From assembly GCA_963514005.1 (NCBI GenBank), contig OY740785.1, positions 35,588,001 through 35,652,000 on the forward strand: a DNA stretch of 64,000 nucleotides, read 5' to 3'. The DNA is from Raja brachyura (Eukaryota). The translations under genes were made by a program, and so were the position numbers. Positions 1 to 12,247 of the stretch are shown piece after piece; position 1 is the first letter of the stretch; every line of letters begins with the position of its first letter. Below the pieces are notes generated by a model. It ran no database searches, was not told the origin of the DNA, and saw only the letters and a program-made list of their open reading frames with translations.

Positions 1-320
1 CTCAATTTGCCCACAGCGGCCAACATGTCCCAGCTACACTAGTCCCACCTGCCTGCGTTTGGTCCATATCCCTCCAAACTTGTCCTATCCATGTACCTGT
101 CTAACTGTTTCTTAAATGTTGGGACAGTCCCAGCCTCAACTACCTCCTCTGGATGCTTGTTCCATACACCCACCACCCTTTGTATGAAAAGGTTACCCGT
201 CAGATTCCTATTAAATCTTTTCCCCTTCAACTTCAACCTATGTCCTATGGTCCTCGATTCTCCTGTTCTGGGCAAGAGATTCTGTGCATCTACACAATTT
301 ATTTCTCTCATGATTTTATA
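1..320 (-). mobile_element. CR1 LINE 3' fragment
   Basis: ORF 39..323 SRTIGHRLKL...FIQRVVGVWN...FKKQLDRYM is the CR1 ORF2 C-terminus. Confidence 0.9.
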
Positions 321-2264
321 CACAAATAATACCCTGTTGCTCCAGCACTATGTGTTTTTTGCTCAATATTCCAGCTTGTGTCTCATTTATATAACCTGAC
401 ATCTTATATAAATAGAGCATCTGTGTTACATCATTTCTCATTCATCTCTAAATAGTACAATACTCACGACTATTACCATTGTGTCTTGTTCATCAACCAG
501 CATTCAGCCAAATTCCTGATAATTGCACCTGAATTTTCTAACTTATTTGAGAGACATACTATGTAAGAGAGACATGTTATGAAAACCTGCAACAAGCTGT
601 AACCTATCCAACTGGATACCTTGCCACAAAGTTCATTGAACATGAAGCCTTCAACAAAAATCCTAAATTTTTTTAGTCCTTCATCACTTTATTTACTTCT
701 AATTTTGCCTCAAATTATGAATTGCAGCTATTGCCCAAAACTGGCATTCACCTCATGTATCTATAGATAACCAAATTAATGATATTATCTGCAGAATCAT
801 TACTTCAAAGTTTGTTGATGTACTTGTTAAAATCTATAAATAATTTCAGTGCCAGGACGAGAACGGAAATAATGTTTGGAAATATTATCCTGCACAGTGT
901 GTGGTGTCACCACTAAACAGCAAATGGAGTTGCCCCGGTGGTTGTTATGAAATTGGCCGATTTAATTATGTGCTAATGTACTTTAGCAGTTCAAGATCGA
1001 TAAAATTAAATTATATTGTTAGCCATTTGGATCTTACATAATTAATGGTGACAATAGGTTTAAATTTAAGGTGTCAAGAATGCCCAACTAAAACGTTCTT
1101 TCAGGTATCCTTGCTTCGCTGTGATCAAATCCTACCAGGATTAATTGATATTGGGCTGCAATATCACCCCAGGCATGCATGGGGAAGTTGTTGATACTTG
1201 AACGAGAAATAGAGCAGAAGACATTCAGGAAATACTTTACTCCCACAATCACTTATCCTTGGGCCAGGATGAACAAAATGCTCTCCAAGCTTCCAACCGC
1301 TTCCTCAAGAACCCTTCCATGTAGTCCTTGACTCTTGCTGAAACATTGTCTCATGTTCAAGTAATCGAGATAGCTATTTGATGGTCAGCAGGGAACTGGT
1401 GGGCTGAAGGGCCTGTTTTTGTACCCTATGACGCCATGTTTTTCAGAGGTTGGCTTGAAAGGACCATTAAGCATAAATGCTGGTCTCTCCTATAATTCCC
1501 ACATTTAGTGAGTGAATGAAAGCTGTATGAAACCATCCTCAATTATAGATTATTACTAATAATTTGTGTTCTAATCATCTTGCCCATTTGATTTATGAAA
1601 CTGGAGGCACTTCTAATCCTTCACAGAATAAAACAAATTCCCACAACGTCTAGTTAAAACAATACACTCTATATTAGCTTAGGTTTCCAGCGCTTTTAAT
1701 TGGTTTACCAAATGTAGAATTAAAGTACACTTTAACAACTCATGCTTAATAAATTGTGTGTGACAGCAGCCTAGATATAAATCCAAGATCTAAAGTTGGA
1801 AGAGTCAGTTTGGATTTTAATTTTCAAAGCTGAAAACTATTGAATTCTCACAAAGTCAAAAAAGAAGTTGTTACAGGCAAGTATAAATTGATTGTTTTCT
1901 ATAATTTCTTACTAAAATGAACAAACTGGTCAGATTTTACTTATCACTTTAAGGGAAACATTTTCAGATATGATGACTCTGATACTCTTTCCAAGCTTGA
2001 AGCTGTACTTTTTGAAGCAGTATTCTCGCAGACAGGTGTGTGAATAAAATCAGTGGTAAAATGAGTCAATTTTGATTCAAAGAGAAATTTTAATCACCAT
2101 GCATGTGCTGTTACTAGACGTAAGCACAAATACCATGGAATTCATCAGATGAATGTGCACAACAAACTAAAAGAAAACATGCTCATTTAGGAAGAACAGT
2201 TATTCCTTCGTGTATCAGTTTAATTAGGGTCAAGTGTAATACTGTTTGTGAACCCATTTGCCAC

Positions 2265-2470
2265 AGATGGCTAGGGAGGCCAAGTCAAAGGACATTTTAA
2301 AGTTGGAGATTGACAGATTCTTTATTAATAAGGGTGTCAGAGCTATTGGGGAAAAGGCAGGAGAATGGGGTTGAGAGGGAAAGATAGATCAGCCATGAAT
2401 GAATGGTGGAGTAGACGATGGACCGAATGGCCACAATTCTGCTCGTAGAACATATGAACTTATGAACTTA
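2265..2470 (+). mobile_element. CR1 3' UTR fragment
   Basis: GGAGATTGACAGATTC...CCGAATGGCC... followed by an (ATGAACTT)n tail. Confidence 0.75.
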
Positions 2471-2521
2471 TTCTCCATAAGTTTGGGGAATTTCAGAATG
2501 ATACAATGGTTACAGCACAGA

Positions 2522-3293
2522 ACAGGCAGATTATAAATGATAAATGGTAGGGAATTGAGGAATGCTGTGGAACAGAGGGATCTAGGAATAACTGTGCATA
2601 GTTCCCTGAAGGTGGAATCGCATGTAGATAGGGTGATAAAGAAAGCTTTTGGTGTGCTGGCCTTTATAAATCAGAGCATTGAATATAGGAGTAGGGAAGT
2701 AATGTTAAAATTGTACAAGGCATTGGTAAGACCAATTCTGGAGTATGGTGTACACTTTTGGTCGCCTAATTATAGGAAGGATGTCAACAAAATAGAGAGA
2801 GTACAGAGGAGATTTACTAGAATGTTGCCTGGGTTCCAGCAACTAAGTTACAGAGAAAGGTTGAACAAGTTAGGTCTTTATTCTTTGGAGCGCAAAAGGT
2901 TAAGGGGGGACTTGATTGAGGTCTTTAAAATGATGAAAGGGATAGACAGAGTTGACGTGGATAAGCTTTTCCCATTGAGGGTAGGAAAGATTCAAACAAG
3001 AGGGCATGACATGAGAATTAAGGGACAGAAGTTTAGGGGTAACATGAGGGGGAACTTCTTTACTCAGAGAGTGGTGGCTGTGTGGAAAGATCTTCCTGCA
3101 GAAGTGGTGGAGGCAGGATCGATTTTAACATTTAAAAGTAAAGTCGATATGTATATGGACGGGAAGGGAATGGAGCGGTATGTCTGAATGCAGGTAGATG
3201 GGACTAGGAGAAAATAAATGGTCGGCACGGACTGGAAGGGCCTAGAAGGCCTGTTTCCGTGGTGTAATTGTTATATGGTTATATGGTTATATG
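2522..3293 (+). mobile_element. Relatively young 5'-truncated CR1 LINE (ORF2 C-terminal 216 aa still open)
   Basis: ORF 2537..3187 QRDLGITV...LYKALVRPILEYG...ERVQRRFTRM...TRGH...FFTQRVV, with a (TATATGGT)n tail. Confidence 0.95.
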
Positions 3294-3670
3294 ATAAAGG
3301 ATGGATGAAGGCTGGATATACCAATGTCAGGTGGAATTTAATTCTGCTTAGTTTGATATGATGGATTTTTGGAGACTAATAAAAGTAGGATGTAGAGTAT
3401 GTGATGAATGCTATGGCCCTTGGAAGTACTGAGTCAGCGAGGGATCTAGGCATTCAAATCCTGCAAAACTCGATAAGGTAGTTAAGAAAATGTAGAGGTT
3501 TATTGCTGTTATTAGAAAGGACATGAAACAGAGAGCAAAGAGGTTAATTTACAACTTTATAAAACATTAATTAGGCCAGATTTGGTTATCGCATATTGAA
3601 TGGATGTGATTACTCAGGAGGTTGCAGAGATGTTTCACCAGTGTGTTGTTTAGGATGCAATATTTCAGCT
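3294..3670 (+). mobile_element. Old degenerate CR1 RT fragment
   Basis: Decayed GAGGGATCTAGG, ACTTTATAAAACATTAATTAGGCCA and GCAGAGATGTTTCACCAG motifs. Confidence 0.6.
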
Positions 3671-3671
3671 G

Positions 3672-4870
3672 TAGAAACCTAGAAACATAAAAAAAAATAG
3701 GGTGCAGGAGTAGGCCATTCAGCCCTTCAAGTCAGCACCGCCATTCAATATGATCATGGATCTTCTAAAATCAGTACCCCATTCATGCTTTTTACCCATA
3801 TCCCTTGATTCCTTCAGCCCCAAGAGCAAAATCTAACTCTCTCTTGAAAACATCCAGTGAGTTGGCCTCCACTACCTTCTGAGACATAGAAGTCTACAGA
3901 TTCACAACTCTCTGGGTGAAAAGGTTTTCCCTCATCTCTGTCCTAAATGGCCTACCCCTTATTCTTAAACTGTGACCCCTGGTTCTGGACTCCCCCAACA
4001 TCGGGAACATTTTTCCTGCATCTAGCCTGTCCAATCCTTTAAGAATGTTATATGTTTCTATAAGATCCCCTCTCATCCTAAATTCCAGTGAATACAAGCC
4101 CAGTCTATCCATTCTTTCTTCATCTGTCAGTCCCGCTATTCCCGGAATTAACCTGGAGAACCTACGCGACACTCCCTCAATAGCAATAATGTCCTTCCTC
4201 AAATTAGGAGACCTAAATTGCACACAATACTCCAGGTGCATTCTCACCAGGGCCCTGTACAACTGCAGTAGGACCTCCTTGCTCCTAAACTCAAATCCTC
4301 TCGCAATGAAGGCCAACATGCCATTAGCTTTCATCACTGCATGCTGTACCTGCATGCTTACTTTCAATAACTGATGTACACCCAGCTCTCGTTGCACCTC
4401 CCCTTTTCTTAATCTGACACCATTCAGATAATAATCTGCCTTCCTGTTCTTGTCACCAAAGTGGATAAACCTCACATTTATCCACATTATACTGCATCTG
4501 CCATGCATCTGCCCACTCACCCAACCTATCCATGTCACCGTGCAGCCTCATAGCATCCTTCTTGCAGCTCACACTACCATCCAGCTTTGTGTCAACCGCA
4601 AACTTGGAGATGTTACTTTTAATTCTCTCGTCTAAATCGTTAATATACATTGTAAACAACTGGGGTCCCAGCAACGAGCCTTGCGGCACCCCACTAGTCA
4701 CTGCCTGCCATTCTGAAAAGGACCCGTTAATTCCTACTCTTTGCTTCCTGTCTGCCAACCAGTTCTCTATCCAGGTCAATACCCTGCCCCCAATAACATG
4801 TGCTCTAATTTTGCACATTAATCTCTTGTGTGAGACCTTGTCAAAGGTTTTTTGAAAATCCAGATACAAC
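3672..4870 (-). mobile_element. CR1 LINE RT domain and 3' UTR, frameshifted
   Basis: ORFs 4453..4944 (YLDFQKTFDKV, VTSGVPQGSLLGP, KFAVDTKL) and 3894..4538, with a (TTCTATGT)-like tail. Confidence 0.95.
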
Positions 4871-5207
4871 TTGATAAGCAACTTGATACCGAATTTATAC
4901 AAAACGATGGGAAGACATAGATGAAGCATATCGTAGGAAACCATTCCAAATAGCAGAACTATATAAAACTAGCAGGTCGCGGTTTAAGGTGAAGGAGTAA
5001 TAGGTTCAGATGGAGTATGAAGAATCATATTTTCCCCAGAGAATTGTTGGAATCTGGAACAGAATGTCTGAGCGGATTTTGGAAGAATGTACTTTCACAA
5101 TATTTAATAAGTATCTAGATGAAAACGTGAGTAGCAGACCAAGTGCAGACCAATGTCCAAGAAATAAGATTATAGATTGATATTTGTTGATCAGCATTAT
5201 TAGAGTG

Positions 5208-5420
5208 GACAAAAATGCTGGAGAAACTCAGCGGGTGAGGCAGCATCTATGGAACGAAGGAATAGGTGACGTTTCGGGTCGAGACCCTTCTTCAGTCTGA
5301 AGAAGGGTCTCAACCCAAAACGTTACCTAGTCCTTCGCTCCATAGATGCTGCCTCACCCACTGACTTTCTCAGCATTATTGTCTAGCTTTGATTTTTCCA
5401 GCATCTGCAGTTCTTTCTTA
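5208..5420. mobile_element. Fold-back Penelope-derived short element with hammerhead-like cores and a 15-bp TSD
   Basis: ~88-bp inverted arms centred on 5296. AGCATTATTAGAGTG is repeated at 5193-5207 and 5421-5435. Inserted in an old CR1 3' fragment (~4960-5470). Confidence 0.8.
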
Positions 5421-6046
5421 AGCATTATTAGAGTGTACTGAAGGGCCTGTTTCTCTGTGTTATGTCTCTATGACATGGCTCTCTGCTGCTATGGCTGTCA
5501 TATCGGCTTTATGTATGTATATTTCAGTTAGTCACATTCTCACATCTTTCTTTCTGTCCTCTCACTTAACAATCCAGCTTCCTTTAGAATGATGCAATAG
5601 TTTTGGCAGCATTCCATTGTCCCATCATCAGTGCATTTCAGACACAAATCATTCAGAAATGCACATGTTTACCACTTTTCCCTTTCGTTTTTTTCGCCAA
5701 TCACCTTCATGCTTTAGGTTTTGACCCCAGTGCCAATAGGTTTGTTTACTCCTCTGTATAATTCATGATTTTACATTTTGTATCTTTGGCATCGTATGCA
5801 TGCATAGAACCAAAACACTTTGCCAAAGCATTATGAAACACTTATACACTTCACATGCATTTACTAAAACTCTGAAAAAGATAAAACCAGGTAACTAAAC
5901 TAGAAATGATTGGACCATAAATTTTGAATTTTGTTTCTATTTAGGTATATGTCCCCAAAGGACAATGAAGACTAAACTTTATAGGAGCCAAAAATTGGCA
6001 TAATAATTTTATTCATGCCTGATGGAATGTAGGCAATATTCCATTG

Positions 6047-6335
6047 AGGGTGGCACACTGGTGCACTGCTGGAGTTCTTGCCTTGCAGCACCAGAGATCC
6101 TGATCAGGCACTGTCTGTACAAAGTTTGTATGTTCTCCCAGTGACTTTATGGAGGTTTTCAGGGGTGCTCCGGTTTCCACTCACAATCCAAAGACATGCA
6201 AGTTTGTAGTTTAATTGGTTTTGGTAAGTTATATATTTTTAAAATCCCTAGTGCGTGCAGGTTAGTGTGTAGGGTGATCGCTGGTCGGCGTGGACTCGGT
6301 GGGTTGAAGGGTCTGTTTCCGCACTGTATCTCTGG
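6047..6335 (+). mobile_element. HE1-type V-SINE
   Basis: tRNA-like head, V-domain GGGTGCTCCGGTTTCC...CCAAAGAC, and CR1-like tail GAAGGGTCTGTTTCC. Confidence 0.85.
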
Positions 6336-6849
6336 AATCTACACTAAAAATGCCTTCACGTTTTCTGCCTATTTAAATGATTGTAGAATCCAAATGTCAT
6401 TAACCATGCTTGCCTGAGATTGGCTGCTGTAGTGGGTGGTCAACAACATGAGTGATTTGCACCATTTAAATATAGCTTGTGCTTGTAAAGGGAGGTGCAC
6501 TATATTCAGAACAGGTGTCTGATTTCAAATATTAATTAAATGCAGATGTTGGTCATTGTTGATCACTGAGCTTCAGTTTGGAAAATTGCTCTCTGAAGGC
6601 ACTGGACTGATATGTTTCTTGTTGAGAACTGTTTACATCCTCTTCTTCTAATCAATTAATGCTTGTTTTAAGAAGCCCTTAACAACTTATCCCAGTCATG
6701 CTATATTGTGAAGGGATGTCTACTAATGCAACAATGTATGAGAGCAATGAATTCAACCTTATGAGTGAAATCTGTAAATAGACCTCTGACATCTGTCCCA
6801 CAATTTTGAATTGCAGTGGGCAGTGTCAGAATCATAGCAAAACATAATG

Positions 6850-7055
6850 GAACAAGTTGGCATGAATAATAGAAATAAGAGCAGACACAAAGTGGGGAGG
6901 GGAGAAATGGGTGCATGTCCAGGTGGGGCACCGAGGCTGGATGAATGGGAGAGCAGTGGGGAGAGGTGATGGGAGGGGGTTGTTACAAGTTACCTGCAAA
7001 TGGAGAATTCCATGTTCATTGGATTGTAAGCTACCCAAGTGGAATACATGAAACA
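6850..7055 (-). mobile_element. Penelope-like 3' fragment
   Basis: FHLGSLQSNEH resembles the PLE ORF end (FRLGSLQPNGMN) and is similar to 9840-9970. Confidence 0.6.
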
Positions 7056-7836
7056 AGAGCAGGCTTGAGTGGCTGCACAGTCATCTCCTGATTCCCTCCC
7101 ATGTATATTTAAATGAGGGGATTAGCAGAAGTGCTAGGTTCCAAACTCAGGAATCATAAATTTGTATCTGGCTGTTGTGCATGTCTACAGCCATCCTTCA
7201 CTGTGTTTTTTATGAGTGTCCTCACTCACATGACTATCACAATGACTTGCACTGCCAAGAACTCAGGCATACCTGACAAACGTGGACAGCAATGTAAGAG
7301 AAAAAGTTGGAATATCTGGAACTAGCTTTTCTTTCAAATTAATAGCAACTAGCAATTATGTATTTTATTAATATGCTTATGATAAATGTATGATTCACAC
7401 ATTTCTCATAAATTATTTTCTATATAGCTTTCCCTTTAAATGATTTACTGAATTATATATTCTAAGTATAGTCTAATCTCAATGCAGACTACTTGTACTT
7501 CTACATCTGTCAGAATGTGTATTTACTGAGTTGTTCCTTGTTAAACAGAATGTGTTCAAATGTTAAACATTGCTTCATTTTAAGGGAAGAAACTGTAGCA
7601 GATGTATGACTGAGGCAGATTGTTTAATTATTTGTGGGAACACATTACTGCCTCCTATATGCGCAAGAAGAAACTGCAGATGCTGGTTTATACCAAAGAT
7701 AGACACTAAATGCTGGAATAACTCAGCGGGTCAGGCAGCATCTCTGGAGAATAAGATTAGGTGACATTTCAGGTTGGAAGCCTTTTTCAGGTTCATATGA
7801 GACAACCAATCCTATATATTGTCTTAACCAACTGAA

Positions 7837-8345
7837 ATTTTTGCTATTGAGGGAGTGCAGCATAGGTTCACAAGGTTAATTCCCGGGATGGCGGGACTGT
7901 CATATGTGAGAGAATGGAGCAGCCGGGCTTGTATACTCTGGCATTTAGAAGGATGAGAGGGGATCTTATTGAAACATATAAGATTATTAAGGGTTTGGAC
8001 ACGCTAGAGGCAGGAAACATGTTCCCGATGTTGGGGGAGTCCAGAACCAGGGGCCACAGATTAAGAATAAGGGGAAAGCCATTTAGAACGGAGATGAGGA
8101 AACACTTTTTCAGTTGTGAGTCTCTGGAATTCTCTACCTCAGAGGGCAGTGGAGGCCGGTTCTCTGGATACTTTCAAAAGAGAGCTGGATAGGGCTCTTA
8201 AAGGTAGCGGAGTCAGGGGATAATGGGAGAGGCAGGAATAGGGTACTGATTGTGAATGATCAGTCATGATCACATTGAATGGCACTGCTGGCTCGAAGGG
8301 CCGAATGGCCTTTTCCTGCACCTATTTTTTATTGTCTATTGTCTA
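7837..8345 (+). mobile_element. CR1 3' part, inverted relative to its 5' part at 9133-9715
   Basis: ORF 7914..8192 RRMRGDLIETYKIIKG...SRTRGH, with a (TCTATTG)n tail. Confidence 0.9.
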
Positions 8346-8526
8346 TTCCTCTCTGGCCTTTATCCAATCATTTGCCTATCAACCCCCCCCCCCCGCCCCC
8401 CCCACCTGTATCCAGCTATTTCTAGCCAGACTTTGTCCTCCCCTCCTCTCTCCCCCCACCAGCACAATAAGTATGAAGTAGGGTCCCAACCCAAAACATT
8501 ATCTATTCATATTCTTCAGGCTGCCT

Positions 8527-9131
8527 GACTTGCTGAATTACTCCAGCATTTTGAGTCTATTTTTACAAACCAGCATCTGAAGTTCCTTATATCTGCAAGC
8601 ATGACAAGTCCATTATCTTGATCAAACTATTGAATAGATAGTTATGAAAAAATAATAATTTCAGTTTAGAAACAACTATTTAACTTTTCATTTTGGTGGC
8701 CAAGTGGATAGGTATATGGACGGGAAGGGAATGGAGGGGTATGGTCTGAGTGCAGGTAGATGGGATTAGGGGAAAATGAATGGTCGGCACGGACTGAAAG
8801 GGCCGAGAAGGCCTGTTTCCGTGCTGTAATGTTATATGGTTGTTATATGGTTAAATTATCTCACTACAAAAATACATCATGGTGAAGTTGCAGTTCTTAC
8901 TGAAAGTAGGGGAAGGAATGGTGGTGACGATGAGGAGGGAAATGACTAAAAATGGATGGCACCAAAATGAAAAGTTAAATAGTTGTTTCTAAACTGAAAT
9001 TATTATTTTTTCATAACCATCTGTTCAATTGTTTGATCAAGATAATGGACTTGTCATGCTTGCAGATATAAGGAACTACAGATGCTGGTTTGTAAAAATA
9101 GACTCAAAATGCTGGAGTAATTCAGCGAGTC
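8527..9131. repeat. Inverted repeat of ~175 bp (8527-8702 vs 8957-9131) that includes unique DNA
   Basis: Direct reverse-complement match with few mismatches. The spacer holds a CR1 3' fragment (8703-8852). Confidence 0.9.
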
Positions 9132-9132
9132 T

Positions 9133-9715
9133 CCTCTCATCCTTCTAAATGCCAGAGTATACAAGCCCGGCTGCTCCATTCTCTCACATATGACAGTCCC
9201 GCAATCCCGGGAATTAACCTTGTGAACCTATGCTGCACTCCCTCAATAGCAAAAATGTCCTTTCTCGACTTTGGAGACCAAAACTGCACACAATGCGCCA
9301 GGTGTTGTCTCCTAGCGCCCTGTATAACTGCAGAATGATCTCTTTGCTCCTATACTCAACTCCTCTTGTTATGAAGGCCAACATGCCATTCGCTTTCTTC
9401 ACTGCCTGCTGTACCTAAATGCTTACTTTCATTGAATGATGAACAAGGACCCCCAGATCCCATTGTACTTCCACTTTTCCCAACTTGACACTAGTTAAAT
9501 AATAATCTGCCTTCCTGTTTTTGCTACCAAAGTGGATAACCTCACATTTATCCACATTAAACTGCATCTGCTATGCATCTGCCCACTCATCCAACCTGTC
9601 CAAGTCACCCTGCATTCTCATAACATGCTCCTCACAGTCCACACGGCCACCCAGCTTTGTGTCATCTGCAAATTTGCTAATGTCACTTGTAATCTAAATC
9701 ATTAACATATATTGT
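9133..9715 (-). mobile_element. CR1 RT fragment
   Basis: ORF 9214..9402 KKANGMLAFITRGVEYRSKE, with FADDTKL encoded near 9655-9675. Confidence 0.9.
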
Positions 9716-9724
9716 AAAATATAT

Positions 9725-10610
9725 ATTGTTAAAAAAAGGCAAAAGATATGAGATGAGGATAGAAGAAGTGCAAATTGTGAAGGTAGGAATGTAGGTGGAT
9801 GGGGAGGAGGGTAAGGGGAGATATTGGTGTGAGTCCAGGTGGGGCCAGGGAGAGAGAGAGGAGGGTGGAGGGGGAGGAAAGAAGGTTTATATGTCGGAAG
9901 TTAGCTAAAATTGGATAATTCAATGTTTCAGTGTTAATACAGTTAAGTTATAAACTACACGTGGAATATAAGGTGCTGTTACTCCAGCAGTTAGCATGTG
10001 TCTTCTGGCAATGGAGGATACCCACGATGAGAAAATTCTGTATGGGAATGGGAATGGGAAAGGGAGTTAAAATGATTAGCAACTGTGAGATCCTGCAGAC
10101 CTTGATAGACCGGATGCAAGTGTTTGGCGAAATGGACACTGAGTCTATGTTTGGGCTCACCAATGGAATGGAGACTACATCGGAACACGAAATACTATAG
10201 ATGAGATTACAGAAAGTTCATATGAACCTCTGTTTCACCTGGAAAGATCCCTGGATAGAAATGAGGGAGGAAGTATTGGGACAGCTGTTACATCTCATGC
10301 GGTTGCAAGAGAAAATACCTGGGAGGGGGCGGTTTGGTGGGAAGGGACGAGTAAACTAAGGAGTTGTAGAGAATGTGGGATCTGTGAAAGATGGAGAGGG
10401 GCGGGGATTGGAAGATGTCACTGATGATGGGATCACGTTGAAGGCGGCGGAAATGTCGGAGAATGATGTGTTGGATGTGGAGACTGGCAGGGTAAAATAT
10501 AAAGACTTGTCTGCCTGTGGGGAGGGGAGTAAGAGCAGAACTGCTGGACACAGAGGAGATATGGGTGAGCGATCCATCTATGGCAGTTGTGGGAAGGAAA
10601 CTATCATCTA
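9725..10610 (-). mobile_element. Penelope-like retroelement remnant with GIY-YIG endonuclease
   Basis: ORF 9991..10188 CSLHSIGEPKHRLSVHFAKH...DLTVANHFNS and ORF 10288..10551 HIQHIILRHFRRLQRDP match PLE C-terminal motifs. Confidence 0.85.
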
Positions 10611-12247
10611 GGAGGAGGTCATACTTGCTTGTTTCTACATATCACCCTTTGACAGCTTATATATATTTTATCCGTACCATGCTGCATTTCATTAAAAAAA
10701 ATTAAGCAGTTGCTCCAAATAAGTTCAAACCATTGTCTGCTTTTCAAACAGATTAGAAGTGCTTGACACCTGTGAACTAGATCCTGCCAGTTTTGCATTT
10801 TCTGACACCTGGATTCACAGAATAAATTATCTTCACATCTTGAATAAAACACCATCTGGATGAATCACAGAGATTAACAAATGAGAGGGGAAGATTGTAT
10901 GCTGTAGCTGCATGGGGAGGGTTGGAAGCTAATATAGTGCACCAATTTCTTGCATCTGATATTATTTTACACTCAAGCAATAAGATTTTACACTAAGATT
11001 TAAAAAAAATTACCCTCATTTAATCTTCTTATTGCCTGATTCTAGATTTAACAATATGCATCAGTATATATGCTTTGAGCCAGCACACAGACACAAAGGC
11101 CATGGAACCACTGTAAATAAAGTTAAAAAACATATTGTTCAAGAGCTGCTCTAGATAATAAACAAAAGCTGGAGAAGCACCCAAGAAATTTGCACAGGAA
11201 TATTGCACAGATAATGTAATTAATGCTTGCTTTAATACTTCTTAACACTCATGATTATAAGAATATTGTCAATTGTTTCTCATCTCCTTTTTAACGGAAA
11301 GTCTACAGGTATTATACGTATCTGGGCTTTTCATTTTGCCTTATATATCAAACTCAAGATGAATTGGAAGGAAATATTGCATTAGATCTATTAGAATGTA
11401 ACAAATGGAATCTCACTGGCTTTCCATCACTTACATAATAATTTTATGTTTCTTTTCATTGTGAGGACCGCTGTTGCTCAGGAAAGATTTCTCATTTGCA
11501 TTTAGACTTCCTTATTCCAGATAGAGCAGAGTTACAAATGTCTCAGTAATATCAACCTTCTATGGTAAGAAAAAGTGAATTGTGATTTCCAATCCCAGCC
11601 TTTTGTATCTTTGCTATTTTTTTTAAATTGTATCATTTGTCATTTTTGTATTGTGAATAATCATCCACATGTTAAGATTGTTTAACCTATTTCACCAAAG
11701 CACTTCATATCCATTGGATAAAGAAAACAATTGCATCAACAGATGTGTGGAAGTTAAAAAAAGATTTAAACTTACAAAATGTATTCAGCTGAAACTAAGA
11801 CAAGCTTTCACCTTCTATTAAAGTGCAAAGCCAGCAAAACGCACTAACCTTTATTTTCAGTAACATAGCTAACACACTGTTGATGTTCCCTTTCCAATAA
11901 CATAAGCGAGATAACAAGCACAGTTTCATGAATGTCTCTATAATATAAACCTTGAAAGAGAATTCCGAATCTTGGCACTAATTCTTGTTCTATAAGATTA
12001 TAATGTGCGTCATAAGTAGAAAAAAACAAAATGCTAGTTCTGCAGAAATATAGCCTTCCCATATAACCATATACGCCTAACTCTTCCTCTGTCAGAAGAA
12101 CCTGTCAATCTTAAGATGTCGTCAATCTTAAGGATCTATCTATCTTAAGAATCAAGTGGCTGTACTATGCTCTGTAGATGAGGTATTGCTGAATCAATAT
12201 TGCTGATTATTGGAGTATATATACATATACTGAGACCATTGTCCCTT

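Noticed and set aside
2537-3187. Open 216-aa RT-related ORF as a domesticated gene or retron-like system
   Set aside because: It is an ordinary 5'-truncated CR1 with its 3' UTR and microsatellite tail, and a closely similar copy lies at 49005-49392.
6047-6115. tRNA-like heads with A/B boxes (also ~19975-20040, 23205 and 55880-55945)
   Set aside because: They are tRNA-derived SINE heads attached to V-domains, not tRNA genes.
7265-7320. Minus-strand TLLSTFV followed by gtatg, resembling AP-2 exon 5 or exon 8 peptides
   Set aside because: The similarity covers only a few residues and does not extend.
11795-11860. Possible TFAP2D exon 5 end (TTAATAGAAG|gtgaaa)
   Set aside because: The upstream codons do not match NVTLLTSLVEG or the rest of exon 5.
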